The position numbers and the translations under genes were made by a program. 64,000 nt of DNA, taken from Bacillota bacterium (GTDB lineage Bacteria; Bacillota; Sulfobacillia; JAUYEG01). The stretch lies in NCBI GenBank assembly GCA_040766985.1, contig JAXGPL010000008.1, positions 49,978-113,977 of the forward strand, given 5' to 3'. Shown one piece after another: positions 38,252-48,768 of the stretch; the stretch's first letter is position 1; each line of letters opens with the position of its first letter. Below the pieces are notes generated by a model. That model was not told where the DNA came from. It saw only the letters and a list, made by a program, of their open reading frames with translations, and ran no database searches.

Positions 38252-38762
38252 TCTCGCCAGCCGCCGCCGCCGCGGCGATCCAGCACGACCGCAAGGCTGC
38301 CGCAGACCTTGCCGCCCTGCTGGGACCCAGCGACCTGGTCGAGCGGATGCCGACGGAATTCGGGCTTCCGGTGTACATCGCCCGCCTCGACGGGCCGAAG
38401 GTGCGATATGTGGCGCTTCTCCCCCAGACCATCAAGCGCACCCGCAGTATTCAGGAGCGCGTCGGCAGCCTGGTCAGCGGGCTGATGGGCGGCCTGAGCC
38501 TGCCCGCGGACGTGCGCGTTCGCCGCGCTATGAGTCGGTGCTCGGACGTGCGCTGACGCGCGGTCAGGGCGCCGGCGCGGGCGACGGGCCGCCGCCGCCG
38601 TGGCGGTTTCGATCAACGGGCGCGGCGTCAAGCAATGTCCTCGCCAACCCCAGCTTTCTGAGCATGGCCCTGGAGGGCCTGGACGCGCTCAAGGAGGGCA
38701 GCTGGCTCAAGGATAAGCAGTACGAGGAGCAAAAACAGGCCCTGGCAAAGATGTTCGGGTAA
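38248..38762 (+). CDS. Hypothetical protein(s); the frame changes at least once between 38530 and 38640
   Basis: GTGA junction with the previous ORF. Segments LPVYIARLDGPKVRYVALLPQTIKR and NVLANPSFLSMALEGLDALKEGSWLKDKQYEEQKQALAKMFG* lie in different frames. Confidence 0.3.
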
Positions 38763-38837
38763 CCGTCAAAGGCCGGCGGTACGCCGGGGGCAGCCCCGGC
38801 AGCAGACGGCGTCGCATGCATATGTGGGTCAGATGGA

Positions 38838-38878
38838 GGGCGCCCGGCAGGAGAAACTGCCGGGCGCCACCTTTGCCT
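38838..38878. terminator. Strong hairpin between convergent transcription units
   Basis: 12-bp stem GGCGCCCGGCAG / CTGCCGGGCGCC, loop GAGAAA, then ACCTTTGCCTT. Confidence 0.6.
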
Positions 38879-38923
38879 TGGCCGCCCCTGCCCTTCAGCG
38901 ACCGCTGCGGCAGGCCACGGGAA

Positions 38924-40722
38924 TCACCGGCGCAGCCTGCGAAGTGCCCTTGCTTTGGCCAGGAACTCCTCGACCACCGGAGCGTACTCGGGAGCGGTGG
39001 GGTCAAGTTCCGCCAATTGCGCGGAGAGAACAGCCACGCGGTTTTCGAGCAATAGACGTTCTTCGTCCGAGGTGGGCACCCCTTCGCCCTGCGCGTGTCC
39101 CCCGGTATCGCGGTCCACGGAGGCTACCCGCTCGGGGGCGTGGCCGAAAGAAGCTATGGGGGCCTTTGCCTCGTACTCGTCGTACCCGCCGTGGTACACC
39201 CGGATCCCGCCGTCCTCGAGGGAGACGATCCGTGAGCAGATCCGTCGAAGCAGGTAGCGGTCGTGGCTGACCAGTATGACCGCGCCCTCGTACCCCGCCA
39301 ACGCGGCTTCGACCTGTTCACGCGAGGGCAGGTCGAGATAATTGGTGGGCTCGTCGAGCAGAAGGAGGTTGCTCGGCGACAGCAACAGCAGCAGTAACGC
39401 AAGCCTGGACCGTTCGCCGAGGCTGAGCGTGCCAACCGTTGCGAAGACCCGCTCTTCGCTGAACAAAAAGCTTCCCAGCAGGCTGCGGGCCTTAGGCTGG
39501 TCGGGAACCAGTTGGAGGACCTCGTCCAGAGCGCTCCTGTCGTCGTGCAGAGCCGAGGCGTGTTGGTCGAGATAGGCCGGCTTGGCCGCTGCCAGCCGGA
39601 CGACATGTCCTGCGTCGGGCTCGGCCAGCCCCGCCAGAATCCTTAGCAAAGTGGTCTTGCCCGAGCCGTTGGGTCCGACGATACCGACCTTCTCACCGCG
39701 CCGCACGGCAAGATTGACCCCGGAGAACAGCGGCGAGGCGAAGGCCTTGGCCAGGTCTTCGGATACGAGCACGAACCTGCCGAGCTTGCCGCCCGCCCGG
39801 ATTTCGAGCCTGATCGTGCGCGGATCGCGCGGTCGCGCAACGCGTTCCGCTTCCAGCCGGTCGAGGCGCCGCTGCAGAGCCTGGCCGCGGCGCGAGATCG
39901 CTTTGGCCTTGCTGCGGTAGTACACCCATGATGAACGGATTTCGGTGTTCTTGCCGGCGCTGTCGTGGGCCTGTTCGAACCAGTTGGCCTGGCGGGCGAC
40001 GGCGGCGCGCAGTTTGCGCGCAAGCCGCTCCTCGTCGCGGTACCGGGCGAGCAGGCTCTCGATCTCGGCCTCGCGCGCTGCGCGGTAAGCCGTATAGTTG
40101 CCCGGATAGGTGCGCGCGACCCCCTCGTCCAGCGCGACGACCTTGCCCGCCACCTGGTCGAGGAAGTAGCGGTCGTGTGACACGACAAGCACAGTGCCCG
40201 GAAACCCCCGCACCCAACCCGCCAACCACTTGAGGCCCGCGATGTCGAGATGGTTGGTCGGCTCGTCGAGGAGCAGGAAATCGGAGTCCTCGAGCCAAAG
40301 CCGGGCGAGCGCGCATCTGGTGCGTTCGCCCCCGCTCAACATCCCGAGGCGCTGTGTCAGACCCGTGCGGTCAAAGCCGAAGCGCCCGGCCGCCTCCTTG
40401 ACGCGCCCCGGAGTTGGCGGCCTGCCGGCCTTGGTCACCGCTCGCATCAACTCGGACTGGACGTCCAGGTCGCGCTCGCGTGCGGTTGCCGGTCCAACGA
40501 CTGCCTGAGGTAGCCGGTCCGGACCCCGGCCGCAGCCAGGCAACCGATCCCCCGTCGGGGTCCAGTTCACCTTCGGATTATGCGAAGCAGGGTCGTCTTG
40601 CCCCCACCGTTCGGTGCCACGAGGGCGACTTTCTCGCCCTCGTTGACCTCAAAGGAGACATCTGCGAGAACCTGCCGGGCGCCGAACGACTTGCTGACTT
40701 TGGAGGCACGAAGCAATTGCAT
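38924..40722 (-). pseudogene. ABC-F family ATPase (two NBDs, no TMD), with about three frame changes within 40500-40600
   Basis: ATG 40722 lies 6 nt after GGGAGGG. NBD1 has Walker A APNGGGKTTLLRII, then GELDPDGGSVAW and VRTGYLRQS in alternating frames. LSGGERTRCALARL, LLLDEPTNHLD, and a complete NBD2 (GPNGSGKTTLLRIL, LSLGERSRLALL, LLLDEPTNYLD). Confidence 0.85.
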
Positions 40723-40959
40723 CCTCAGCCCTCCCTGGGGCGGAGAACATCAGAAAGCCCATCGCATGTGGCCGGGCCGGGTGCCGTTGACGGTCAGACC
40801 AGGTTGCCGAACAGACATAACACGAGTAGCTCGCTGACATTCACCGGAGATTCACGATTGGTGGGTCAAGTCGTCTACCTGCGCATCATCGTCTGTAAGG
40901 CTACCCTCCTCGGGGAGTGTTGCGGGCAACTGGTGCAGTTGCCGCGGAGCAGTTCAATG

Positions 40960-41919
40960 TTACTCCGCATCCGGCACGAAGGTCAACTCGCGGTCGGGCG
41001 CCGCGTCGGGCGCCGGGACCTGGGGGAGAGCCTCCGATGGAACCTGAGCCGAACCATTCGGCGCCGCCGCGGGAATACGGGCAAGGCGGTGCATAGCAGT
41101 CTCATAGGCTCCGGAATCGAACCACTTGATCAGTTCGGACGCGCGCATTACGGTCCAGGGCTGCTCGCTGCGGAGCGCGCTCACCACCCTGGCGAGCTTG
41201 TCGATGGCGTCGAAGTCGTATCCGCCGAATTCCCTGGCCTGGGCGCGGAAACCCTCGATGTCAAAAGACCTGTGCGGTGTCTCGACAGCCCCGCCGAGCT
41301 TAATCAGTGCGCGGCACGCGGCGTCGATATCCTGGCAGGCCAACAGCCCTGCCCTGTCGGCGCTGAAGTCGGACATCCGGAGCCAGTTGTTGAGCGACAA
41401 CTGGAGCCCGCCTGAGAGCAGGCCGCCAATGCCGAAGGTCGCCGTCTTGAGGATATCGCCGAGGACCGGCAGCACAGTGGCAATCTGGCTGTACACGACA
41501 TGGCGGCTTCGGACGTGGCCGAGTTCATGGCCGAGAACGAAGAGCATCTCATCGTATTCAAGCCCATCCAGCAGGACCGAAGACATGATCACGAGGGGGC
41601 GGTCCGCGCCGACGGTCAGGATCGAACTCAGTTCGATCTCCCAATCGACATACACGTCCGGCACTCCGGGGGCGTCGAGGACCCGGCAGACCTCCGCCGC
41701 CGCGTCGCATATCTGCTCAAAGCCCTTCCTGGTTGCCCGCACGTTGCTGCCCGCGTACTGCATACGCAGGAGCCGTTCGATCCCGTACTGATTGAGCTTG
41801 GAAACCGCCATGCTCAAGGCAGCGTTGCTTTCCAGGGCCGCAAGGGCCCTGCGGTCGTAGGGGTGCTCGTAGTCGCGGGACCTGAGGCCTTTGAGGGCCA
41901 GTCTCTCCATGGTCATCAC
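40960..41919 (-). CDS. M48 family zinc metallopeptidase
   Basis: FVLGHELGHVRSRH (HExxH) with the downstream family context. Confidence 0.7.
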   Translation of the reverse strand: MMTMERLALKGLRSRDYEHPYDRRALAALESNAALSMAVSKLNQYGIERLLRMQYAGSNVRATRKGFEQICDAAAEVCRVLDAPGVPDVYVDWEIELSSILTVGADRPLVIMSSVLLDGLEYDEMLFVLGHELGHVRSRHVVYSQIATVLPVLGDILKTATFGIGGLLSGGLQLSLNNWLRMSDFSADRAGLLACQDIDAACRALIKLGGAVETPHRSFDIEGFRAQAREFGGYDFDAIDKLARVVSALRSEQPWTVMRASELIKWFDSGAYETAMHRLARIPAAAPNGSAQVPSEALPQVPAPDAAPDRELTFVPDAE

Positions 41920-41971
41920 TCTCCGTAGTGGGCGAAGGTAGCGGCGTTGGAGCTGGGTTTCAACAGGCGAC

Positions 41972-41998
41972 GGAGCCCATCCTGCGCGGATGGGCTCC
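41972..41998 (-). terminator. Hairpin downstream of the adaptor gene
   Basis: 11-bp stem GGAGCCCATCC / GGATGGGCTCC. No clear U-tract. Confidence 0.35.
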
Positions 41999-42030
41999 GA
42001 ACGGGCCGAAAGTACTGTGATGCCCCAGGC

Positions 42031-44340
42031 TCAGTGCGGACAGCAGGGGCAGTTACACGGCCTTTCCTTCTCGCGCAGGACTATCTCGGTGCCGGCTGAG
42101 ACGCCCTTCAGGATTTCGACTCGCGAGCCGTCCGATACCCCGGTTATCACATATACCCACTCGACCTCGCCCTTCCAGGTGCGGCTCTGGCGGACTACGC
42201 TGCCCTGCTGGTCTTTCTTCGGGTCGACCACAACCCGGACGGCCTGGGCTCCATACCGCTCCTGTACGGCCTCCACCGGAACCGTCGGGACGCCGGGGCG
42301 CACGTCGGTCACGATATCCACCACGCATGACATCCCGCAGAGCAGTCCCGGAGTGGTCGGCAGGCGCAACCGGATGGGGTACACGGGTCCGCTCGCGGAC
42401 TGCTGTGACGTCTGCTCGACCTCCACCAACTCGCCCAAGACCGGCGCGTTGGATACCGCAGGAAACAATACCTCGACCTGAGCGCCGAGTTGAAGGTGAT
42501 TGACGTCTGCCTGGCCGACATCGGCCAGGACCTCAAGCGCCGAGACGTCTGCCATTGTCAAGAGAGGCGTGCCGCTGTTGACCACGCTTCCCGGCTCGAC
42601 AAGCACTGCGGTCACGGTCCCGGAGGCATTGGCCCGCACGTTAAGCGCTTCCCGTTCGAGAATCCTCTGCGCCGCCGACAGTTCGCCCGATTGGATCGAT
42701 AGGATGGCCTGCCGCAGCGACGGCCCCGCAATCGGCAACAGCAGCGATGGATCGGCCGGCATATCCTGGCCCTCCGGGTATGCGCCGGCCTTCAGCAGAG
42801 TGTCGTTTTCCAGCGTGACCAGCGGGGTTCCCTCGGTCACATTCGCGCCTTCAAGCACGTGCACGGCCGCCACAGTCCCGGCCGCACCAAAGAACACCTG
42901 CCGTTCCTCCGCTGCAGTGGCGACCGCCACTGCCGAGACGTCTTCAACCTTGACGGGCAGGTACGCGCGACCGGGAGTCCCCGGCCAAGGCTGCAGCGGT
43001 TCGTGGACCTCCACGAGCAGGGTCGCCGTTGTGGCGCCCTGCCCCGCCACCGGCATTGTCTTGCCGACGATCACGCCGTCGAGATCCGTCTCCTTGAGCG
43101 AGGGCAATTCAACCCGGACCTGGTCTCCAGCTTCAACCCAGGCGAGGTCGACCAGCGGCGCGGCCACGCTCAGCAGCAGGCGATCGTCCGGAATAATCTG
43201 GACGAGCAGGTCCCCCGGCGCGATCTCCTTGCCGGAGGCGCCCGCGATGCCGACGGCCCGCCCTGCGTAAGGCGCAACCACCGTCAGCCCGCGGACGCGC
43301 TTGTCGAGATCCCGCCAGTTTAGCTCGGCCTGGACGCACTGGAGCCGGATGGTCTCCAGGATGGGCTCGCCCTCAAGATACCGGTAGCGTATCGACTCAT
43401 ATCGCACCCATGCCTGATCGTACGCAACTTTTGCCTGGTCGCGCTGGGCTACTAGCGACGGGTTGCTGAGTTCCAGGATCACCTCGCCGGCAGCGACCTT
43501 CTGTCCTTCCACGGCGCTCGACTTAGCGATGACCGCCTTGTCGGTTGCCCGGATCACTCCCTCGTCCGGGAGCACGACGATGCCCTCGCAGGGGCGGCGC
43601 GAGCCTAAGGCCGAGAGGGTGACATTCACGGTGCTGCCCGGCGTGATCTTGCCGTTGCTCTCGAACTCGACCTCAACCTCGACCGTTCCTTTGCCGGCCA
43701 CTCCCTTGATCACGCCGCCAACCTCGCTGACCTGCCCTTGGAAACCAAGGCCGGTAAGGGAGGGCACCGTAACGGTCGCCGGTTGACCCGGCCGAAGGCC
43801 GGGGCGCAGGTGCTCGGGCGCGTCGATGGTGACAGTCATGCGTCCGGGATCGTCGATCACCGCCGCGACGCCGCCTCGCTGGACGATGTCACCGGCCTCT
43901 ACCGCGAGCGATGAAACCCGCCCCGCGACCGGCGCCGTCAACCTGGTCGCCAGGGCCTGTTTGAAGACATCCTCGAACTGCAGCCGGGCGAGGTCCACCG
44001 AGACCTGAGCCTGCCGCCCGGATAGCTCCAGCTGCGGATTGTCAAGGCGCATGAGCGTCTGCCCGGCTACGACCGCATCACCCGCCTTGACCAGGACGGA
44101 CGCGACGGTCCCGCTCGATCCGGAACGCACCGTGTTCTCGCGGGCGGCCACCACCGTGCCCGGCCTGACAACCGTACGCGCGATGTTGGTGTACTCGACG
44201 AAAGTCGTCTCGTATTTGGCGGCCAGAGTATCCAGTGAATACCAATAGCCGCCGTAGAACGCCAGGCCCAACAGCGCCGCGGCAACCACAGCGAAGCCCG
44301 CCCGCCGGACCAGCGTGTTTTGGCTGGCTAGCCTGAGCAT
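42031..44340 (-). CDS. HlyD-type membrane-fusion (periplasmic adaptor) protein made of three tandem adaptor units, with a Cys-rich C-terminal tail
   Basis: ATG 44340 lies 8 nt after GAGGGGGG. N-terminal TM helix. Six lipoyl-type half motifs, e.g. SGTVASVLVKAGDAVVAGQTLMRLD, VAGRVSSLAVEAGDIVQRG, AAGTVAAVHVLEGANVTEGTPLVTLE, ASGTVTAVLVEPGSVVNSGTPLLTMAD. The protein ends in RPCNCPCCPH. Confidence 0.7.
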   Translation of the reverse strand: MLRLASQNTLVRRAGFAVVAAALLGLAFYGGYWYSLDTLAAKYETTFVEYTNIARTVVRPGTVVAARENTVRSGSSGTVASVLVKAGDAVVAGQTLMRLDNPQLELSGRQAQVSVDLARLQFEDVFKQALATRLTAPVAGRVSSLAVEAGDIVQRGGVAAVIDDPGRMTVTIDAPEHLRPGLRPGQPATVTVPSLTGLGFQGQVSEVGGVIKGVAGKGTVEVEVEFESNGKITPGSTVNVTLSALGSRRPCEGIVVLPDEGVIRATDKAVIAKSSAVEGQKVAAGEVILELSNPSLVAQRDQAKVAYDQAWVRYESIRYRYLEGEPILETIRLQCVQAELNWRDLDKRVRGLTVVAPYAGRAVGIAGASGKEIAPGDLLVQIIPDDRLLLSVAAPLVDLAWVEAGDQVRVELPSLKETDLDGVIVGKTMPVAGQGATTATLLVEVHEPLQPWPGTPGRAYLPVKVEDVSAVAVATAAEERQVFFGAAGTVAAVHVLEGANVTEGTPLVTLENDTLLKAGAYPEGQDMPADPSLLLPIAGPSLRQAILSIQSGELSAAQRILEREALNVRANASGTVTAVLVEPGSVVNSGTPLLTMADVSALEVLADVGQADVNHLQLGAQVEVLFPAVSNAPVLGELVEVEQTSQQSASGPVYPIRLRLPTTPGLLCGMSCVVDIVTDVRPGVPTVPVEAVQERYGAQAVRVVVDPKKDQQGSVVRQSRTWKGEVEWVYVITGVSDGSRVEILKGVSAGTEIVLREKERPCNCPCCPH

Positions 44341-44431
44341 CGGATCAACCCCCCCTCGAAGACTGCAGAACGAAACCCTGGCCGCGGCGCATGCAGGGGC
44401 CGGCCGCATGCACGAAGCTTCCCCTCCCCTG

Positions 44432-45802
44432 CTACCGGTGAGCGGCTATCCGCCGCCCCGGACCCGCGGCCGATCCGCCGCCCCCGCCGACCCTTTGGCG
44501 GAAGACCGCAATCACCTTGCGGCCAAGGAGCAGTTCGGTCACGGTTGCCACGCTGGCCATGGCGATCGGCAACAGCGAAGATAGCCCCAAAACGGCGGCC
44601 GTGACGGCCGTCGCCCGAAGCACCAACAGGAGAGGCAGGCGGCGACCAAGCCAGACCGTCAGAAGAACGAACGAGGCGGCCAGGCCCACGGCGAGGCCGG
44701 CCAGCCCGGTATACGTAACTTCAAGGCCGAACACAGCGGCAATATCCACCCCCGAAAACCCCACGGCCTTGAGCACGGCGATCTCCCGCCGCCGGTCAAG
44801 GAAACCAAGCAGAAACATCGTCAGGGCCCCTACGCCCACGAACGACAGCGATAGAAGGACGATCCCGCTCAGCGGCGTCGTCTGGCCGCCGACGCTCGAC
44901 TCGAGGGCATACTCGGCCACCTTGTCGTTCCAGGCCCGCGCAATCGGATAGCGCGGGTGGAAGTGGAGCAGATTGTCGCTGTCACGGAAGCCGGTTTCGG
45001 TCGCCCAGTGCATGAACGCGAGGGGGTCGGTCCCCGGCGCGAGACGGACGACGTATGTGTTGGGCTCGAAGTTGGACAGGACACGGGGGTAATGTGCCGC
45101 GATGCTGCCGGTGTACTCCTCGCCGAAGCGGTCCGGCAACCACCCGATGGCCCCGTCAAAGAAGGGGTGGTCCAGGCTGAATACTCCCGAGACCGTGAGT
45201 TCGCCATCCGTGCACTCGGCTCGCTCGGTATCCACCGCGATGTACGGCACCGCCGCGCCCGGGGCAAGCCCCAGCCTACCCGCGATCGCCGCGGGCACCG
45301 CAACTTCCATCGGCCCCGTCGGCGGGCCGCCGGCGATGAACGAGGCGCCCAGGTCATCCCAGAGGGCAGACGGAACCGAGAACAGCTCGTCGGTCCCCCA
45401 CGGCAGCTCCAACGTGACGAACCTGCTCACATGGCACTCGGCCACGTAAGGGCAGGACCGCATCAGATCAAGTTCGCTTCCCGGCTCGTCGGTGACGAGG
45501 GTGCGGAGGCGGGTTTCGGTCTCGGGTACTTCGACGGTGGCGGGATCCTGGAGAAAACGGACCTGCAAATACATCCAGCCTGTCAACTCGATGACGACCG
45601 TGTCGCTGAGGCCGAGATCAGCCTGGGGGACCAGCCCGGCCATGGTCTGGGCCGTGAAGATCGAGGTGGCCAAGTAGCTGGCGATAGCGAGGGCCGTGAG
45701 CAAGATCAGCACGACTGTGCGCATCCGCCAATGCCAGAGGTTGCGCAATGCCAGCGGAGTGGCCTCGCGGAGCGAGGTGCGGTGTTCTTCCCTGGATCTC
45801 AT
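44432..45802 (-). CDS. FtsX/MacB-type ABC transporter permease
   Basis: ATGA overlap with the upstream permease. N-terminal LRNLWHWRMRTVVLILLTALAIASY, a large extracytoplasmic loop, and C-terminal IAVLKAVGFSGVDIAAVFGLE plus 3 TM segments. Confidence 0.7.
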   Translation of the reverse strand: MRSREEHRTSLREATPLALRNLWHWRMRTVVLILLTALAIASYLATSIFTAQTMAGLVPQADLGLSDTVVIELTGWMYLQVRFLQDPATVEVPETETRLRTLVTDEPGSELDLMRSCPYVAECHVSRFVTLELPWGTDELFSVPSALWDDLGASFIAGGPPTGPMEVAVPAAIAGRLGLAPGAAVPYIAVDTERAECTDGELTVSGVFSLDHPFFDGAIGWLPDRFGEEYTGSIAAHYPRVLSNFEPNTYVVRLAPGTDPLAFMHWATETGFRDSDNLLHFHPRYPIARAWNDKVAEYALESSVGGQTTPLSGIVLLSLSFVGVGALTMFLLGFLDRRREIAVLKAVGFSGVDIAAVFGLEVTYTGLAGLAVGLAASFVLLTVWLGRRLPLLLVLRATAVTAAVLGLSSLLPIAMASVATVTELLLGRKVIAVFRQRVGGGGGSAAGPGRRIAAHR

Positions 45803-47312
45803 TCCTCGCGAAGCACCTCCATGGTCGAGATGGACGTGCTGCGAATCGCGGGCGCGAGCCCGAAGGCCGCGGCGCACAGGACGCACGCCCCAATCACCTT
45901 TGCCCCGTCGGCAAGGGCGGAGGCGCCGATCGCCCCGAGTTCCACCTTGCTCGAGAGCTGGCTCCACACCACGGCGAACCGGACGATACCGAAACCGCAC
46001 GCCGCCCCCAACCCGCTGACGAGCGTGATCTCCGCCAGGACCATGGCCATAATGTCGCGGCGTTTGGCGCCGATGGCTCGCAGCACGCCGATCTCGCGCC
46101 TCCGGTGCGTCAGCATGACCAGGCTGTTCGCCGCCACAACAAGGGCGGCCAAGAGCGAGGTCAGGACCAGGAGGATGTACTTGACCTGGGCCGGCAGCGT
46201 GACCTGGCCGGCGACGACTCCGGTACCGCTGGGCGAGCGCCGCCACTGGGACCACTGCTCCGGCAGCCCGCCGCGTTCCGCCCCGGCCGCCGCGGCTGAG
46301 GGGATGCTCACGACAGTGCAGTCGGGAAGGGCCTCGCGGAGGCGGGCGGCCACGTTCTCGACAGTCGTCAAGTTGCGCACGGAAACCGACACCTGTGGAA
46401 CGGCTATCGGCGCGCCACCGGAGACCTCCGCCCAGATCCGTTCGAACACGTCGTCGGGGATCAGGACCTGCGGCGTGGAATAGACCAACTCGCGGCCTCC
46501 GATCGAGACCGTCCCCGGAAACCGGTATCCCCCGATGACCCTGAACCGGAACCCTGCCGCGTCGGCGTAGTTGAAAAGCGCGTCGCCCGGCGCCCCCTCC
46601 GCGTCGGGGCTCCCCGGCATCGTTAATCTCGGGACCATCAGCTCCATCGTGCCGCCGAAGGACGACGAGAACGCGCCCGGCTGGCCGTAGCCGGCGGTCG
46701 CCCCCCGCCCGATGTCGACCACCGCGCGCATCAGCCCCTCATCTACCACCGAGAGGGGCCTTCCCGCCGCGAGGTAGTCCTGCATGAAGAATGAGTTGAG
46801 GTCCTTGTCGATGTTTCGCCCCTGAGCTGTCAGGCCGCCCTTGGTGGCCTCTGCGTCAGGTCGTGCGCGCCAGCCAAGGCGGGCAGGACAAGGTAGGATA
46901 GATGTCGACGACGCAGTCTTGGGCTCGAAGGCGCGCCGTGATCTCGTCCAGGTCGGGAACCACTGTGGGCCCTCCGACACAGCCACACCCCGTAGTCGCA
47001 GCTCTCCGGGCAGCAGCGCATTCGTCACCTGAAGTCTCGGTCAAGGCTTCAAACCCGAGGTTCTTTCCCCGCCGATACCCCCCGCTCCCCGCGCCCTGAT
47101 CCTCGGCCTGCCCAACGGCGGTTTCCGAGGTGAGGGAAAGGGCCTTTGGGAAAACCATGATATCTCCGCCCGCGAACACTCCGGTGCGGCACGTAGGCCT
47201 GCGCCGGATACCCCGCGGCGAGGGTCAGGCTGCCGCTGAGGACCATGGCTGCGACCGCCATGCTGATCACCGATAGCAGGCTGCGGGAGAGGTTGCGCCG
47301 GGCGTTGGTCAT
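45799..47312 (-). pseudogene. FtsX/MacB-type permease, N-terminal third spread over three frames
   Basis: MTNARRNLSRSLLSVISMAVAAMVL (ATG 47312), then FAGGDIMVFPKALSLTSETA in a second frame, then the 409-aa ORF with IGVLRAIGAKRRDIMAMVLAE plus TM helices. Confidence 0.65.
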
Positions 47313-47593
47313 TCCCAGCCTTAGGAACAAAACCGATGGAATTTCCTGCCGGCGACCGTCGCGCCGGTGAAGAAGAGACAGCTTGGGGATGGGCCGCCGG
47401 GCTGCCTGTGTTCGCCGTTGGTTGCAGGAACCTCTCCAACCTTTGGATTTTGTTGCTGCGGCAGGGATAGTGTTGCGAAGGGCTTGGTTGGCGCGATCGC
47501 AACCGAGCAGGGATAGCCGAATAGCAGCGGGAAGCCTTGGCGGGGCGGCGGCAGCCGGACCGCTACTCCAAGACAAGACGGGTGGTGCTGACC

Positions 47594-48768
47594 ATGACTT
47601 ACGGAACGATCCCGCGGATCGTCCTCCGCGGCGACGCGCGTGAACGCGGGACGCAGTACGGGCGGGCGGCGGCCGCGCTGATCGAACAGGTGGTGGCCGT
47701 CTACCGCGACTGGTTCGGGTGGTTCGGCGGAGGACATGGGGAAGAGGCGTTGGCTGGGGCCGCCACCTCGTGGACGAACATCAGCCAATTGCCGGGCGAT
47801 AGCGGCCGAGATCGAAGGCATCGCCGAGGGCTGCGGCCGGGACCTGATGGAGATCGTCGCGCTCAACGCCAGGACGGAGATCGCCTATGGATTGGGCCTT
47901 GCGAGCCGGCTCACGGCACCTCGGGAAGACGGCGGCGGTTGTACGTCGTTCGCCGTTCTCCCCCGGCACACCGGAGGGCTCGGCCTCGTCGCCGGACAGA
48001 ACTGGGATTGGCTCAAGGCGTGCATGCCGACCCGGGTGGCCCTGGACATCGAGCTGGAGGATGGCTTGCGGCTACTGACGTTCTGCGAGGCGGGGCAGGT
48101 CGGAAAGATCGGTTTCAACAGCGCGGGCCTGATCGTCTGCCTCAATCTGCTCGCAACCACCGCTGACAGCGATCAGGGCCTGCCCGTCCACGTCGTCTGC
48201 CGGCTTGCCCTGGAACAAACGAGGCTCTCGGAAACCCTGCGCGTGGTCGCTTCCTACCCGCGCGCGGCGTCGGGCAACCTGCTCGTGGCAAGGGGCACGC
48301 CGGACGGCGACGGGGAGGCTCTGGACGTCGAATACTCACCGCGCCGGTGGCCGCGATTGAGCCGGAGATGGGCGTCCTCGTCCACGCAAACCACTTCCTG
48401 ACCGATCCCGGTGCCGAGGACCAGGCGGAGGTCCGGGCCGCAGGCAAGTCGACGTTCCTGCGCGGGATGCGGACCCGGCATCTCCTTCTCGCCGCGTGTG
48501 GCATAGGACGCGCCGCCGGGCGAGGGCTACGGCATGACGCAGCCCGGCAGAAATCATGGAGGTGCTCGCCGACCACTTCGACCACCCCTACAGCGTGTGC
48601 AACCACGTGTCGGGGCGGCCGGGCGAGGTTGGCCAGACCAACCTTGCATTCCTGGCTTTGCCGGCGGTGGGGGCATTCTGGCTGAGCGACGGGCCGCCCT
48701 GTGGGGAGGGTAGACCGCCGGGCGCGGCTTTTGCCAAGTACCCAATGCCCTGGTGCGAGGGCCGCTAG
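47594..48768 (+). pseudogene. Peptidase C45 / acyl-CoA:6-APA acyltransferase-like protein, with at least 3 frame breaks
   Basis: IVLRGDARERGTQYG, GGCTSFAV (nucleophile Cys), GQNWDW, GFNSAGLIVCLN, VLVHANHF and DHFDHPYSVCNH are distributed over four ORFs in different frames. Confidence 0.55.
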
